In this document: piece by piece, positions 1 through 12,973 of the stretch | How the letters are laid out: each line of letters begins with the position of its first letter | How positions within the stretch are numbered: the stretch's first letter is position 1 | From: Adineta vaga | Lineage: Eukaryota; Animalia; Rotifera | DNA: 64,000 nucleotides | Assembly: GCA_021613535.1 (NCBI GenBank) | Contig: CP075495.1 | Location: 5,332,001 to 5,396,000 of the forward strand | Direction of reading: 5' to 3' | Program-made: the position numbers and the translations under genes | The notes under the pieces: model-generated | What the model saw: the letters and a program-made list of their open reading frames with translations, nothing else | The model's database searches: none | Told to the model about the DNA's origin: nothing

Positions 1-3000
1 TTTGTGAGATAGTTGGATTTCTCGTAAATTACTTTCTTAGGAGTATTTGTTGTTAAATTCAATGAGGAAAAAACATCGATTTCTTCTGATTTATTAGAAT
101 CAATTGTTGGCTGTGTATTGGCCATTAATTTTGAAAGAAATTTCTTAGATTTCATTTTCAAATCTTCATGTAAACGTGGCAAATCAATATGATAATTCGG
201 TACTTTTGTTTCCATCAAAGAATTCTTTGCTTGTTTCTTATGTTTTGTTGGTACTGAAGAATTCTTTGGTTTCTTATCTTCTTGCTGTTCATCATCATCT
301 TCATCATCGTCATCGTCATCATCTAGAGATGATGATTCATTCAATTGTTTTTTTGGTGTAGTTATCCATGCTGAAATAGTATAGAATTGAATAACTTCTT
401 TTGGTACGAAAACAATAAATTTACTTGATGACGATTGATTATTTTTTTGTGAATGAACAGATGGAGGAGGAGCAGTATGCTGACGATCTTCTTCCTCTTC
501 ATCATCATCGAGATCTATATCATCATCAAAATCACCATCTTCAAACTAAAATTTTTCAGAAATATAATTTCTTGTTTCAACAAGACATGAAGAATCCAAT
601 GACTTACATCAGCAGCATTAATCATAATGCAACGATCTTTTGCTTCAAGCCATGCAGTATCATCTGAAAATAGATAGTTTATCAAATCAGATGCTATTCT
701 TCACATGAATTTCTACTTGTCCAACTATGAATATCATTTTCATTCCATACACTTATTTCAAAATTCCAATTTGGATCAATAGGTTCATCGGCAAAAAATA
801 CATCATTATTATCTAATAGAGCAGAGAATTGTGCTTCTTTTTTCTCATCCCAATCAAAAGTTAATTTATCAAATTGTCCATCTTCAGGTGCCCAAGCAAC
901 TCCGACACCTGTTTCCAATGCTACTGTTCGTCTTAATTGTTCTACTAATATCAAACAATTGATACGATAGAGCATACTAGGTAATGCAATAATTCCTTGC
1001 CATAATTGTGCATTAATTGGATGAATAATAACTAATTCTGGTATTAAGAAAACACCTTGATGATGATGATGATTCGTTGTTCCATTTGTTTTCGTATGTT
1101 GATTAGTTCGATTTGTATTTCGATTATTTGCTGTTGTAGTTGATTTCATCATTTTAAAATTCATATAACGTGGAATCAATTGATTGAGACGATGAGATGT
1201 ATGTGAAACACATAATAACGGTTGAGTTTTATTAGTTAAACGTAATTCATATTTTATTTCATAATAGGATGAAAATGTATCATAAATTGTTGATACAGAT
1301 GGAAATGATGAAAGTGGATTTTTATTTGTATCAATTGAATTGACAATGTAATATTGTGGTTGAGTTGAACGACGATACGATGGTAAAACAATACATGTTT
1401 GATTGAAACTATCAGCATTGAATACATAAGGATTATCGAGTGTATATTTTTGTAAATACATTGATTGTATAAAAGAGATAATATCTTTTGTTAATTTCCA
1501 ATCGATGGAATATGAACCTGAAGGATCTTTTTTTAATAAAATAATAATTAAATGAGATTGTGTTTGTTCAGGATTGAAATTAACTAATGGACGATCAAAA
1601 CCAAGTATAGAAGAAAATAAATAATAATGCACAGTTTGTAACATGCGATATTCATCAGATGTAAAACGAAGATTTTTCATAATCATATCAAGATTATAAG
1701 TTTCTTCACCGGCACGTGTAAATAATGAAAATGCTGGAATCTATCAAACAAAGAAATTCATACTGATAATCAACAGATACGTTGATTCTCTTTTTGTCTT
1801 ACTTCAAGAAGATAATTTCCTGAGAGAATACCAATTCGATTTGGATTGGATTGATTTGTATAGATATTTGTTGATTTCTGTTGTTCATTGGTTTGAACTA
1901 ATGGTGTAGTTAATGCACCATTGATACAATAAACAAAGAAATCCGATGAACTAGTAGTAGATATTGGTTCAGGTATAATCTAATTATTTCGAAAGAATGA
2001 TTCGATAGAGAAAAGTAAGATTTGAAAAATCAATAATACGTACAGCTTTAGTATAAAGTTGTTTACGTTGAACAGAACCAGGTTTAGGATTTGGTTCGAC
2101 ATATGTACCCCATTCAGTAATATCTTCATCGTCAATAATCGAATGGCGAAGATAGAATTGTTCACGAGTTTCAGGTAATAAATGTTCATTTAATTCACCT
2201 AAATATATGTTTCAATGTATCCATACTATAGAATGATGAAAATATAAAGTTTTTATTATTTTACCTGCTTGTAAAAGATATTCACAGAGACGTTTAGCAG
2301 ACGAAAGTTTTGCTTGTTTGACTGTCGAACGACATGGACCCTATAGGAAAAAGATTACATGTCTTTAAGACAAAAAAAAACAAGTGTTTTATCGAAACAA
2401 ACAATGATCGTTGTCCTTGCAGGTGAGTTGACAGGTAATGAAAGAATACATTGATATTGATTTTCATCAATTTTTTTGATTTCACATGATGGAACTAATG
2501 TTGTCAATGCATCACATGGAAGTCGAGCACAATATCTTTGAAAATAAAGATTCCGATTGAAGACAAACAAAATCAATCAAGAAGGAAATATAGTACCTGT
2601 TGATAACTTCGATAGCATTAGGCGATCGTTCACGTTCAATGATTGTTGGTGGAAGCGGATGATTAATTTCATGAAATTCTTTTATTAAAACCTTAAATTA
2701 AGTCAAATGATTTGATAATCCAATACAAAAAAAGGAGAATTCACTGTTACATACCTGCTCAATACCTTTGAATGAATTAAGATTTGTCAAAAATGTATCA
2801 TATTCTTCTTGTTCAGCGAGCATAAAAAAATGAGGTGTTTGTGCTCGTGCTTTTCCCTATGAAAACAAAACTTCATTTAGCAACAATCAACATTTTCATA
2901 GATCTTTTACCTTTGATTGTACATAAGATCGATAATTCGTCGGTACATCAAATCGAATAACTAAATTACAATCCGGAATATCTTTTAATTCTTCGAGAGA

Positions 3001-5160
3001 ACTTAAAGCAACAATAATATTATTTTCTCCAAGACGAAATTTACGCATCACTTCTTCCTAGAAAAACAAAACAAAACAAAATTCATCAGTATGAGTTTTT
3101 CGTATGCAATTCAATCAACTGTGATTGATTATCTTGAATATATACTTGTTTTCGACTATCCATCGGTTGAATGTGTTGACTAGTAGATTGATCATCTGTA
3201 GGTTGCATTGTAGAATATCCAATTAAAAAATTTGGTCGAATAAATGAATATTCATCAGCAAAACGTTTTGCAGCATCTTTTAATATTGCATTTAATACAG
3301 CAGTTTCTTGTTTACGATCGACAAATATCAATGCTGACCATCGACGAGTTGCTGGATTTGTAGCATCTGCTTGAAAACGTTTTAAAATATCGAATAATGA
3401 ACGTAATTTTGATGTTGTATATTGTTCGATTAATGTTTGAGAATCAACTGTTTCAAGAACAGTTTTGATACGTGATCTCCAAAGACGAAGTAATGTACAA
3501 ATCCAATCAAGAAATAGAGAATATGCACGTGGTGATGAAAGAGAAAGATGAGATGTTTTAGAAGTCGAAAATATTGACGACGACGATGATACAGAACTTT
3601 GTTCAACAGCAATAGTTGAAAGACGTTCCAACTGAGTAATAATTGGTAATGAAGAACGAAGTAATGCCCAAACACCTAATTTATCAACAAGACGTAAACA
3701 TTCAGTAATGACTTGACGAGGAATTGTTAATGGTGACTGATGTTCATCGGAATGATTTGAAGAAGATACGATTGGTACTTCTAATTTGTTTAAATAAGCA
3801 AGAGCAGCATGAAGTTCCTACAATAAAAAATACACATAATTTATTTAGTTCTTTGATATATTATAGCGTTTGAAAGTTTTCTACACATATTAAGTTAGGA
3901 TGTAACATGAAAACTATCCTTACATGAATTATTTCTTTTGTAATTTCTGGTTGTTGTTGATTATTCTTTTCACAAACTACGATTGTTTCTTTTGGTATTT
4001 TTGATATTCGATTTGTTGGGCGACAGATTAGATCTGTTGCTGTAAAAATAGTTGAACTACAAAACAAACGAAAAGCAAATTAATACATCAAACTACGGAA
4101 ATCATTTTACCAAAAAAATTGATGTAAATTATCAATTCGTTCTTTCAATTGAATTGATGTACAATGCGTTTTGAGTAATGCTGTTGTAATTGAGAAAAGT
4201 CGAGGTAATTGACTATTCGTTTCTTTTCTATCCCAAAGTGTTTTGTATTGTTTTACAATTGATCCATAGGCATGATCACGAATAGCCTGATGGCATTCAT
4301 CAAGAATTAATAGTTTAATATGAGAAAATTCTAAACATCACAATAAAATATTTTTATTATAAAAAAGAATTTCTTTACCTATATAATTTCGATTCAATAA
4401 TTCATGAAAGACAGTTGGATGCATAACGAATACGGAACGTATTTGCATTTCTTGTAACCATTGTTCTTTTTTCCATAGAAGTACACCATGTTCAATTCCA
4501 AATGAACCAATATCGACTGGTAAATGACGATGAATCAGTTCAGCTAATGCAACAAGATCGTGTTCTAAATAACAAAATATCAAAGAAAAACATTTATAGA
4601 ATTCATAGATATCATGCATTTAGAAATGTACCCATTGTTAAACAAATAATACGTTGACCACCTTCATCAAATTTCCGTTGAATACCATAGGAATGTTCTC
4701 GTATAACATTGATAATAAGAAAATTTTTTGATGTAATACTATGTAAACAAACAACGGTATTTTCACGTTTGACTTTATCAAGAACTTCAACCTAAAGAAA
4801 AACATGAATGGTCAATATCTATTTGACAGAATGAAATTCTTTGGAATAAAATATCTTCGAATAAACAAATAACGCTCTCATTATAGCATGAAGTGTTAAT
4901 TATTTATTGAAAAGAAAAAGCATTCTTTAATTTAATAATAACGTCTCATTCATCTTCCATCTGTCAAAATTCTTATCTTATCAGATGTTAATTATAGTTT
5001 TCTCTTCTCAATAAGTATAAAATTTACTCACTTCATATTTCGGTAAAGTAAAACTTTCCGATGGTACATCATCTATCCATTGTGTATTTCGTATAGTTCG
5101 TCGTCCACTTGCTGCTAATAGATAAGTTTTCACTTTATCTATATGATTTGCTGATGACAT
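1..5160 (-). CDS. DICER1: Dicer endoribonuclease, multi-exon; RNase III domains lie beyond the left edge
   Basis: Spliced exons give helicase motif [11 protein letters not shown], helicase-C motifs ([27 protein letters not shown]), a DUF283 fold ([15 protein letters not shown]), PAZ ([23 protein letters not shown]) and the connector ([21 protein letters not shown]). ATG at 5160 (MSSANH). Confidence 0.95.
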
Positions 5161-5387
5161 TAGATCAAACTCCCAAATAGTATGTATGTATGTATATATA
5201 TAGATCTGTATATTCAAACTAGAAGCAAGATAGAAAATGAAGAAAAGAAAACAACAATAATAACATTCTAGTTTCTTCCGATTCAATTTTTTTTAAAGAA
5301 GAAAAAGAGAGAAAAATTCAAATGCTCATATAAGAATTATACACAGAAAGAAAGAAAAAAAAAAGTCGAATTTGCTTCTTTTTGTAA

Positions 5388-6826
5388 TTAAAAGTTTGAG
5401 GGTGGTTGACCATTCGTTAATGATGATGATGAAGACGGAATGACGAATATTTCATTTGAATTTTCATGTTGATGAACTTCAACGGTTGTTACGGGAGGAT
5501 GAGATGGTGGATGTGATGCAGGTTGATGATAATGTGAAAAACTAGCTGCTGTTGATTCATAATTAAGAATTTCTCGATGTGCTTCACGAATATATTGACT
5601 TTGTTTATAATAGATTTTCGCTGTACCTTTCAGAACAATAAAGGCGATACCACCCTGAAAACGATTTAAGAAAATAGTCTTTTCATTCATATTTTTATTA
5701 GATTCACTTACCAGAAGTGTACGTTGAAAATTTGAATGAACACGTTGAAACATAAATTTTCCAAATATTGTTGCAATTGTTGGTAATATAAGACCACCAC
5801 AAATAAGTCGAGTTAAAGATGCTGGATTTGAATTACCATTACGTTCGGTTGGTAAACGAGGTAAATAGGATGTACGATCTATAATATAATGCACAAGATT
5901 CATTTTCATACAAATATTAAGAAAAAGAATAATCATTGTTTACCATTAGGAAATAGATAGTTCATTAAGGGTAATTTTGATGAATGTTTACGCCAAAATT
6001 TTAGTACTGCTTCTTCCCAACGTATCATTCGTCCAAGAATTAATACAATCGGAATTGTTGGTAAACCAATAAGAAGAAAAAGTGGATCAGCTTTTTCCAT
6101 AACACTTAAACCTTCTTTATGTCCAAGAATCTAAAATAATATAGTTTGAATACGATGAAAAAAAACAAGACTATCTCTTTTATTTGCCTCTAACCTGCAT
6201 GATTGTTACTGCTCCATATGTTACTGCTGTCCAATAAACAGATCCAACAAGGATACCACCGGCAAGAAATGGGCAAAAACGATTTAAAATACGTTCTATC
6301 AAATCAAGTGTGTAAACTAATGGACCTTAAAAATTGAATAATCTCATTCATTTCAATTCGTATTCATTTTTAAATCTACGATTTACTTTGTTTTGGATAT
6401 ACAATTATATATTCTGCATTACACTGTGGACATGCAACTTTTACTAAAACAAAGAAGATGAAAGAGTTTGGTTCTAGTTAAGGAAGAAAAAGTTAACAAA
6501 TACTAACCATTACTTGATCCTTGTTGTTTCTCATCGACCCATCTTTGAAGACATTCTTGATGAACCCATTTTGCTGTTCCACGACAACGACATGGTGATA
6601 CCCAACAAGCAGAAAAATCATCTTCATCAGTAGCAAAACATACCCAACAATGTTTTGCTGATAGAACATTACGTGGTGGAATATTAGCTGATAGTGAATT
6701 TCGATTTCCATTTGATGGCGGAGGTGGTGGTGGTGGAGTTTGTGGAGGAATTGAATGATTTGTTGAGGGTACTATTGGTATATTCATAGATTGATTAGAT
6801 AAATATGAAAATGAAGTCGGATCCAT
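5388..6826 (-). CDS. MARCHF5: Mitochondrial RING-CH E3 ubiquitin ligase MARCH5
   Basis: RINGv CWVCF..WVSPCRCRGTAKWVHQECLQRWVDEKQ; C-terminal TRLICGGLILPTIATIFG and GGIAFIVLKG; GT-AG introns. Confidence 0.95.
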
Positions 6827-7258
6827 AAATAATAATTTCTAGAAATATTAAATTCGATCTTTTTAAAAGAAATTAAGTCAACGTTGGGAAATAGACAAGA
6901 CATAGAGAGAGAGGAGAAAATAAACACATGAAATATATGTACTTTATTCTTGTTGGTTATTCGTCGAACAATCCAAGACGAGTCAGTTGACTAGTCTGAA
7001 TAATCATATACTAATGCCATCTAGCCTTGCCAATAATGTCTGATTCTATTTTGACTGAATAGCATGAAAACAAAATATGGCAAAACTCAGAAGACTTATA
7101 TTTTATCATATGTCATTGTTTGCTAGCTGGTTTTTGTTATCTTTGAAATACTATCATGACAAAATAGTTTACTGGAATAAACAAATTAAAAGATAAGTCG
7201 TACGAAGAATAGAATAAAACACTCGACCTTTTTCGAGTTACCGAAATAAGTAACAAAT

Positions 7259-8128
7259 ATGTTTGCTATCAGTTTAAATGAAGATAAAACTAAAATACAA
7301 GTAAACACTAATGATGAACAGAATTCAATATCAATCGCTGAAGGAGATATTGCTGTGGATATTCCTCATCGTAATGTAATGATTATTTTCAATCACATTA
7401 CAATACCATTCGATGATTATCAACAAATTGATCAGTTTCTTTCTGCTGTTCATTCTTATATCAATAATTTATATGACTCACTGATATGTATTCGTTTTCC
7501 CGAAATATTCGATAATCAAATTCCATTTGATAAACTTCAATATCATAATAACATAGCTGATTTTATGATTGTAACTATGAATCATTTGAAATATTATCCT
7601 GAAAATAATTTACAGGATAGACAAGACCAATATGAATTAGTAACTGATCGAGAACGAATATTTAATTATGCAAAACAGTTACATATTCTAATGATGCGAG
7701 TGGCATTTTGGTCAAAAACATGGGATTTTCAAGAAATGTGTGATCGAATTAATTCAGCAACAAATAATGCAGTGATTTTAGATAAAATAAATAATAGTCC
7801 TTGTGCTTTTGGACGATTATTTTTAATAAAATCAAAAGATGAAACATTTGGATATATATCCGATATTGCTGTTGATAGTACTCATCAATCGAAAGGACTT
7901 GGCAAATGTATGGTCAATTACTTTGTTGGAATTGTTTCTAATTCAACAATTCCACTACTGAATTTTCGTTGTACATTATGTTTACAATGTGCTAAAGAAG
8001 GAAGTGGATCAATATCTGCAAAGAAGTTATATCAAAGATCAGGTTTTCAATTTTTAAATGATCTTGATAATCGTGTTGCTATTTTTCCCATCAAAAGAAT
8101 TGCAACGAAACATCAAAATGTATCATAA
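7259..8128 (+). CDS. Intronless GNAT N-acetyltransferase, bacterial-type (HGT candidate)
   Basis: 289-aa single ORF. Acetyl-CoA motif A ISDIAVDSTHQSKGLGK, motif B AKKLYQRSGF, upstream AFW..AFGRL pattern. Confidence 0.8.
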   Translation: MFAISLNEDKTKIQVNTNDEQNSISIAEGDIAVDIPHRNVMIIFNHITIPFDDYQQIDQFLSAVHSYINNLYDSLICIRFPEIFDNQIPFDKLQYHNNIADFMIVTMNHLKYYPENNLQDRQDQYELVTDRERIFNYAKQLHILMMRVAFWSKTWDFQEMCDRINSATNNAVILDKINNSPCAFGRLFLIKSKDETFGYISDIAVDSTHQSKGLGKCMVNYFVGIVSNSTIPLLNFRCTLCLQCAKEGSGSISAKKLYQRSGFQFLNDLDNRVAIFPIKRIATKHQNVS

Positions 8129-8473
8129 AGCATGTATGTTTCTTTTTGCCTAAATAAATCTTAATTTGAATTTTTTGAACTTTATTACCGAAGCTATTCT
8201 TTCTATTCGAATGAAACAAAAGTAAAAATACACAAGAATAAAGAAGATTTTTGTTTATCAAACTCTAGTACGTAGTTGTTCTTTAGTAAAGATTTTGTTA
8301 AAAGAAAAGAAGGAAAGACATACACAGACACACACGCAGTATAGACAAAGAACACTATCATGATCATCGACAAAGAGAAATTACAGAATAAAATATTAAT
8401 AATAGTAAATAAGAATTGTTGATTTTTTATTTATGTTTGACAAAAGAAATCGACATTTTTAGGATTAATTTCA

Positions 8474-9439
8474 TCAATCTTTAATGGGAGGACGACTGGT
8501 GCTTGTGGTTGTACCGCCACCACCACCGCCGGCGGCGGCAGCAGCAGCAGTACTTGGAATGCTTGGACCTGTAGTTGGCTGTTTAAAATTAGCTGCTGCT
8601 TGATTTTGCAACTGATATGCCATTGAATGAATTTTAAAACCATAGAGACGTGCTACAAATTGATTCGTTGGTCGTTTTGGACGATATTCCGGATGAACCA
8701 TAAACAACATATGTGGAAAACCTGTACTAAAGTATGCTCCATCTGTATGATGATGACGAGAACTTTTTGGTGTATAAATATCGAGACATTTTGGACAATA
8801 GAGTTTAACCATAGCTTCACCAGGTACTTCTGATAAGCCAATCTAATTTTAAAAGACAAGGCACCTAATAGAAATGAAGAAATCGATGTTTTCATACCGG
8901 TAACATTGGCTGATTGTCACAATATATACGAGGGCATAGACCAAAATCGCCATTTTGAAATTTTTCTAGCATTTGAGCAATTCCATTATTAGTTAGAATA
9001 TAACGAGCATGAATAAGACCTAAAATTAACGAGACGATGGATTTATTCTAAAACTAAAATAATCAATTGAAATCTACCATATAACATTTCAGCCGCTTGT
9101 TCAATTAAATCTGATTGATTTGGATTCTCTTGATTATCAAGTTCATCATCTGGTTCAAGATCAAGAATCATATCAAGTGCCTGCCGATAATGTGGTACTT
9201 GTTCATTCAGTCCTGTCTATGAATAATAATTAACTGTGACAACAAACAAACCTCTATACACACAAAAATGACATACTAAATTGAATTTATCTTGGATGTA
9301 ATCTTCGTCTACTTCACAAAAGAATTCATTACCACGAAGACCACAGAACCATGATATCCACGAAACTAATTTTCAAAATGAAATAAAGAATATAATTATA
9401 TTTCAGAACGATCAATATACCTTCTTCTGATGAACTCAT
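8474..9439 (-). CDS. CSNK2B: Casein kinase II regulatory subunit beta
   Basis: [36 protein letters not shown]; zinc-finger CPRIYC..CPKC; [22 protein letters not shown]. Confidence 0.97.
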
Positions 9440-10094
9440 AGAACTTGATTTGGATTTCGCACCTTCAGCAGCAGCAGCAGCAGCAGCAGAAGACGATGAA
9501 TGCTCGTCTTTTATAGCAGTGTTTGCTCCGGTCGAGGCCAGAACAATAACACAAATGAATAAACCTAAAAGCAAAATAGATTTTTTCCAAGGATAAAGTA
9601 AAACTTCGAGGTAGTTTTTTTTTATCGTATTTCTGGAATCAGATCTAATCGATGGAATTACTTTACAACACTTTATTCTTTACCTCTTACTGAGAAAAAA
9701 ACCGCTTTAAAGTAAATAATCGATTTCAAACTTGTCGTATATTCTCAGTGAATTTTTTCGAAAAAAAAAATCTAAAAATCAAAGATATATTATAAATAAA
9801 AATGAATGCGTATGATCAAAGAAATCTCTTTCTTTTATATTAATAAGTATATATATATAATTCTAAATAAGTCAATCCACAACGAAATATCATCTGACAA
9901 ACAAGAAAAAAAAAGCAAAGTAACTGTTTAGAAAAGAAAAGAAAACATGAACAATACAATAAAGAAAGAAAGAAAGAAGGAAAGAAAGAAGGAAAGAAAA
10001 AAAGAAAGAAACTGATTGTTGACATGGTCTATCGATTATCTGTTAAGAAAAACGATCAAGTTAACATCCAAACATATATCTTTAATTTATCATA

Positions 10095-11563
10095 TTAAAC
10101 ATTAACCGGTGGTTTTAATTGTTTATCAACAATATAAAATTTTCCTTTATCACTAAGCAATCCCCAAATAACAGCAGTAATTTCGCAGATAACAACAAAT
10201 GGAATAGTTGCTAATGTACCAAAAATACGAAGAGCAAACTGAGCATAACCTAAACGTACCAATGAAAATGAACGAACGGCACCAATGATATATAAATAAA
10301 TATTAACAGCTCCAACATAACTTATCAAAAAATTTAATGACCAATGTAATGGAATAGGACACATTGGTGTAAGAATAACATTCATTGATGTTAAGGGTAA
10401 TGTAACCCAAGAATACAGTGCAATACCTAATCCAAAACGAACACGAAGTGGTAAACGTTGATCATGAACAACAAGTAAAATGCCTTGTAACCATCGTTTA
10501 CGTTGTTTAATAAAGTCACCTAATGTAAATGGACTTTTTTCCCACATTTCTCCTATGAAAAGAGAAATTATTTTTCTTTTTTTAAAATAGAAATATTCAA
10601 TACTAACTAACCTTCGATCCAACCAAATTTTTTATTTTTTGACATAGCTAACATGGCAAAATAGGTGTCTTCAGCAATTGAACCAGCTCGTCCATTATCA
10701 AATGTTACATCAAATTCACAACTGGCACGACAGACAACAAATGAACCTTTGAATAAGAATGGTGGTCGATGTAATTTTTTCAAGCAAAATCTCAAACATC
10801 CCAAATCGACTCCAACACGCATACTATCTGCTAATGTTGTTATATAATTAACAATTGTTTCATTGGCATACGTTATTAAACCTTGTCCAATATCATATTC
10901 ATTTGAATTAACAAAATTTAAAATACCACGAACAGAATTTTCCGTTAAAAGAGTTTCTTCATCTAAATGAACAATATAATCTTCAGCTGATAATTGATTA
11001 ACATCAGGTTCAAGAGCATATTGTAATGCACGTGATTTATAAAGTGCTCCTGATTTTGTTCGATAAGTACTCGGTACTACAACTTCACGAACCATATTGC
11101 CTGGTAAACCGTGTATATCAATTGGTTTATCAGTAACGATTTCAATTTGAAAATTATCAAGACCGACTTTAGCACATGTATCTAAATTTCGTTTAACATT
11201 GTTATGTACTAATTCTGGATAATCACCACGAGTAACAACACGTATACGAATTTTAGGTCCTAATAATGGTGAATTATGTAGATCTGGTCGTTCAGGAAAA
11301 ATATTATATAGAACTAAACCACATGTATGACATATAACTAATGGTAAAGGTAATAAAGATAATAAACGTATGAAATAAATCACAATTGTTAGGAATAAAC
11401 CATAATGTTCAATTGGATTGGATATCACTATAATTATACTAGATGATAATTTATTTAATGGATAGATATCTAATCCACCGGATATTGATTCAAATATGGA
11501 AATAAATAAAATAAAACAACACACATGAATTATATGACGACGATTTGATGATGTACATATCAT
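10095..11563 (-). CDS. egh: Beta-1,4-mannosyltransferase egghead/bre-3 (GT2); start uncertain (11563 or 11707)
   Basis: IRVVTRGDYPELV, YKSRALQYALE, IVHLDEETLL, GSIAEDTYF, KQRKRWLQG; one short intron near 10555-10610. Confidence 0.93.
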
Positions 11564-12973
11564 TATGAAAAATTTCCAATAGAAATCACACAATTTGAAC
11601 ACAAGAGAAATTCTCTGGAATAGCAAAAGAAAAGTCAAAATACATTCATAAATAAATTTGAAAGTTTTTCTTATATGCCGTGCAAAACTGTAAGGTAACC
11701 TAAACATCTTATTATCGTAGTGTAAAGGCAATGTAACAGAAACGAAGAGGGAAAGAAAAAAAATGATCGTCATGAGTTCTTTCGTTCTTTGTCATTGAAG
11801 AAATGTCTCGCCTGACGACGCTTAAAAATATAAACAAGTTCATGGACATTGACGCACGTCGAGTCGAGTGAGTGTTGTTATGTGAACGGTTACTAATCAC
11901 CATTGTGCGTGACATTCGACTATCATATTTTTCTTTGACGTCTGAGAAATGGTATTAGTCGAGTTATTTATATAAAATATACTCATGTTTGCTTTGAGAC
12001 ACACACACATATAGAAAACATAGCGCGAACTTATTTAATGAAAATTGAAGAAAAAAAAGCATTTTTCTTCAACGCAATAGAACATATCTCTCCAAAATAA
12101 CAGCTAGCTGTATCTAATAAATGATCAATATTTGTCATCTATGCTTCTCTAAGCTCCAAGGTTTATTTTGTAACGCAATATATATATTTAAATACATCCT
12201 CCTATCAAATTTCAATGACATAGAACTATCAATTTATTTCGAATGTGGACTAAAGTATTATGTATATTTTAATAGAAAAAAGAAAAGATTCATGACAAAT
12301 TAAATAGAGCATTAAGAATACGTATGTATATCTTCTGTAACCTCGAAAAGCAGCACATGTCAAAGAAAGTTTATTACATACTTTCTTCAAATAGAAATTC
12401 TCAAGCGGATTACGTTGAAAAATAGTTCTGACTCTTCAATAAAAGAAGACGAATGATAAGTATACAATGTTTATCATTAAGGTAAATGGTTGACAAATAA
12501 TAGTATAGAAAAAGAAGAAGAAGAAGAAAAAAGAAAAGGACTACGCATACACAAAATTCTTATCTATCCTTCACTCTTTCTTTTTCCTGTTAAGTGCATC
12601 ATTCAAGTTACTTCAGCACAAAAATATACATTGTTAATTAGAATTACTCATACTAAAATATATTAAAAATCAATTACTTACCAGATTTGTTTTATCATTT
12701 TTTGAGTAAATTAGACATCTTCTGACTTTAATCACCGGACTAGAATTATTATCTGTAAAATGAAAAGACAAAACTTGAGATATGTTCTTTCACTTGTTTT
12801 TGATTAAATCAAAATAATAAGTCAGATATTCTTTCGTTGTTTAATCATATTGAATGAACAAACAAAGAAACAAAGAAAATCAACATGACAAAGTACAGAC
12901 AAACATTGTCTCTCTGAATGAATATAACTATATACATTTACAAAAACAGTAATGTCAATCTATAAGTATGATT

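Noticed and set aside
176-667. His-rich + strand ORFs
   Set aside because: Antisense shadows of acidic, low-complexity Dicer exons.
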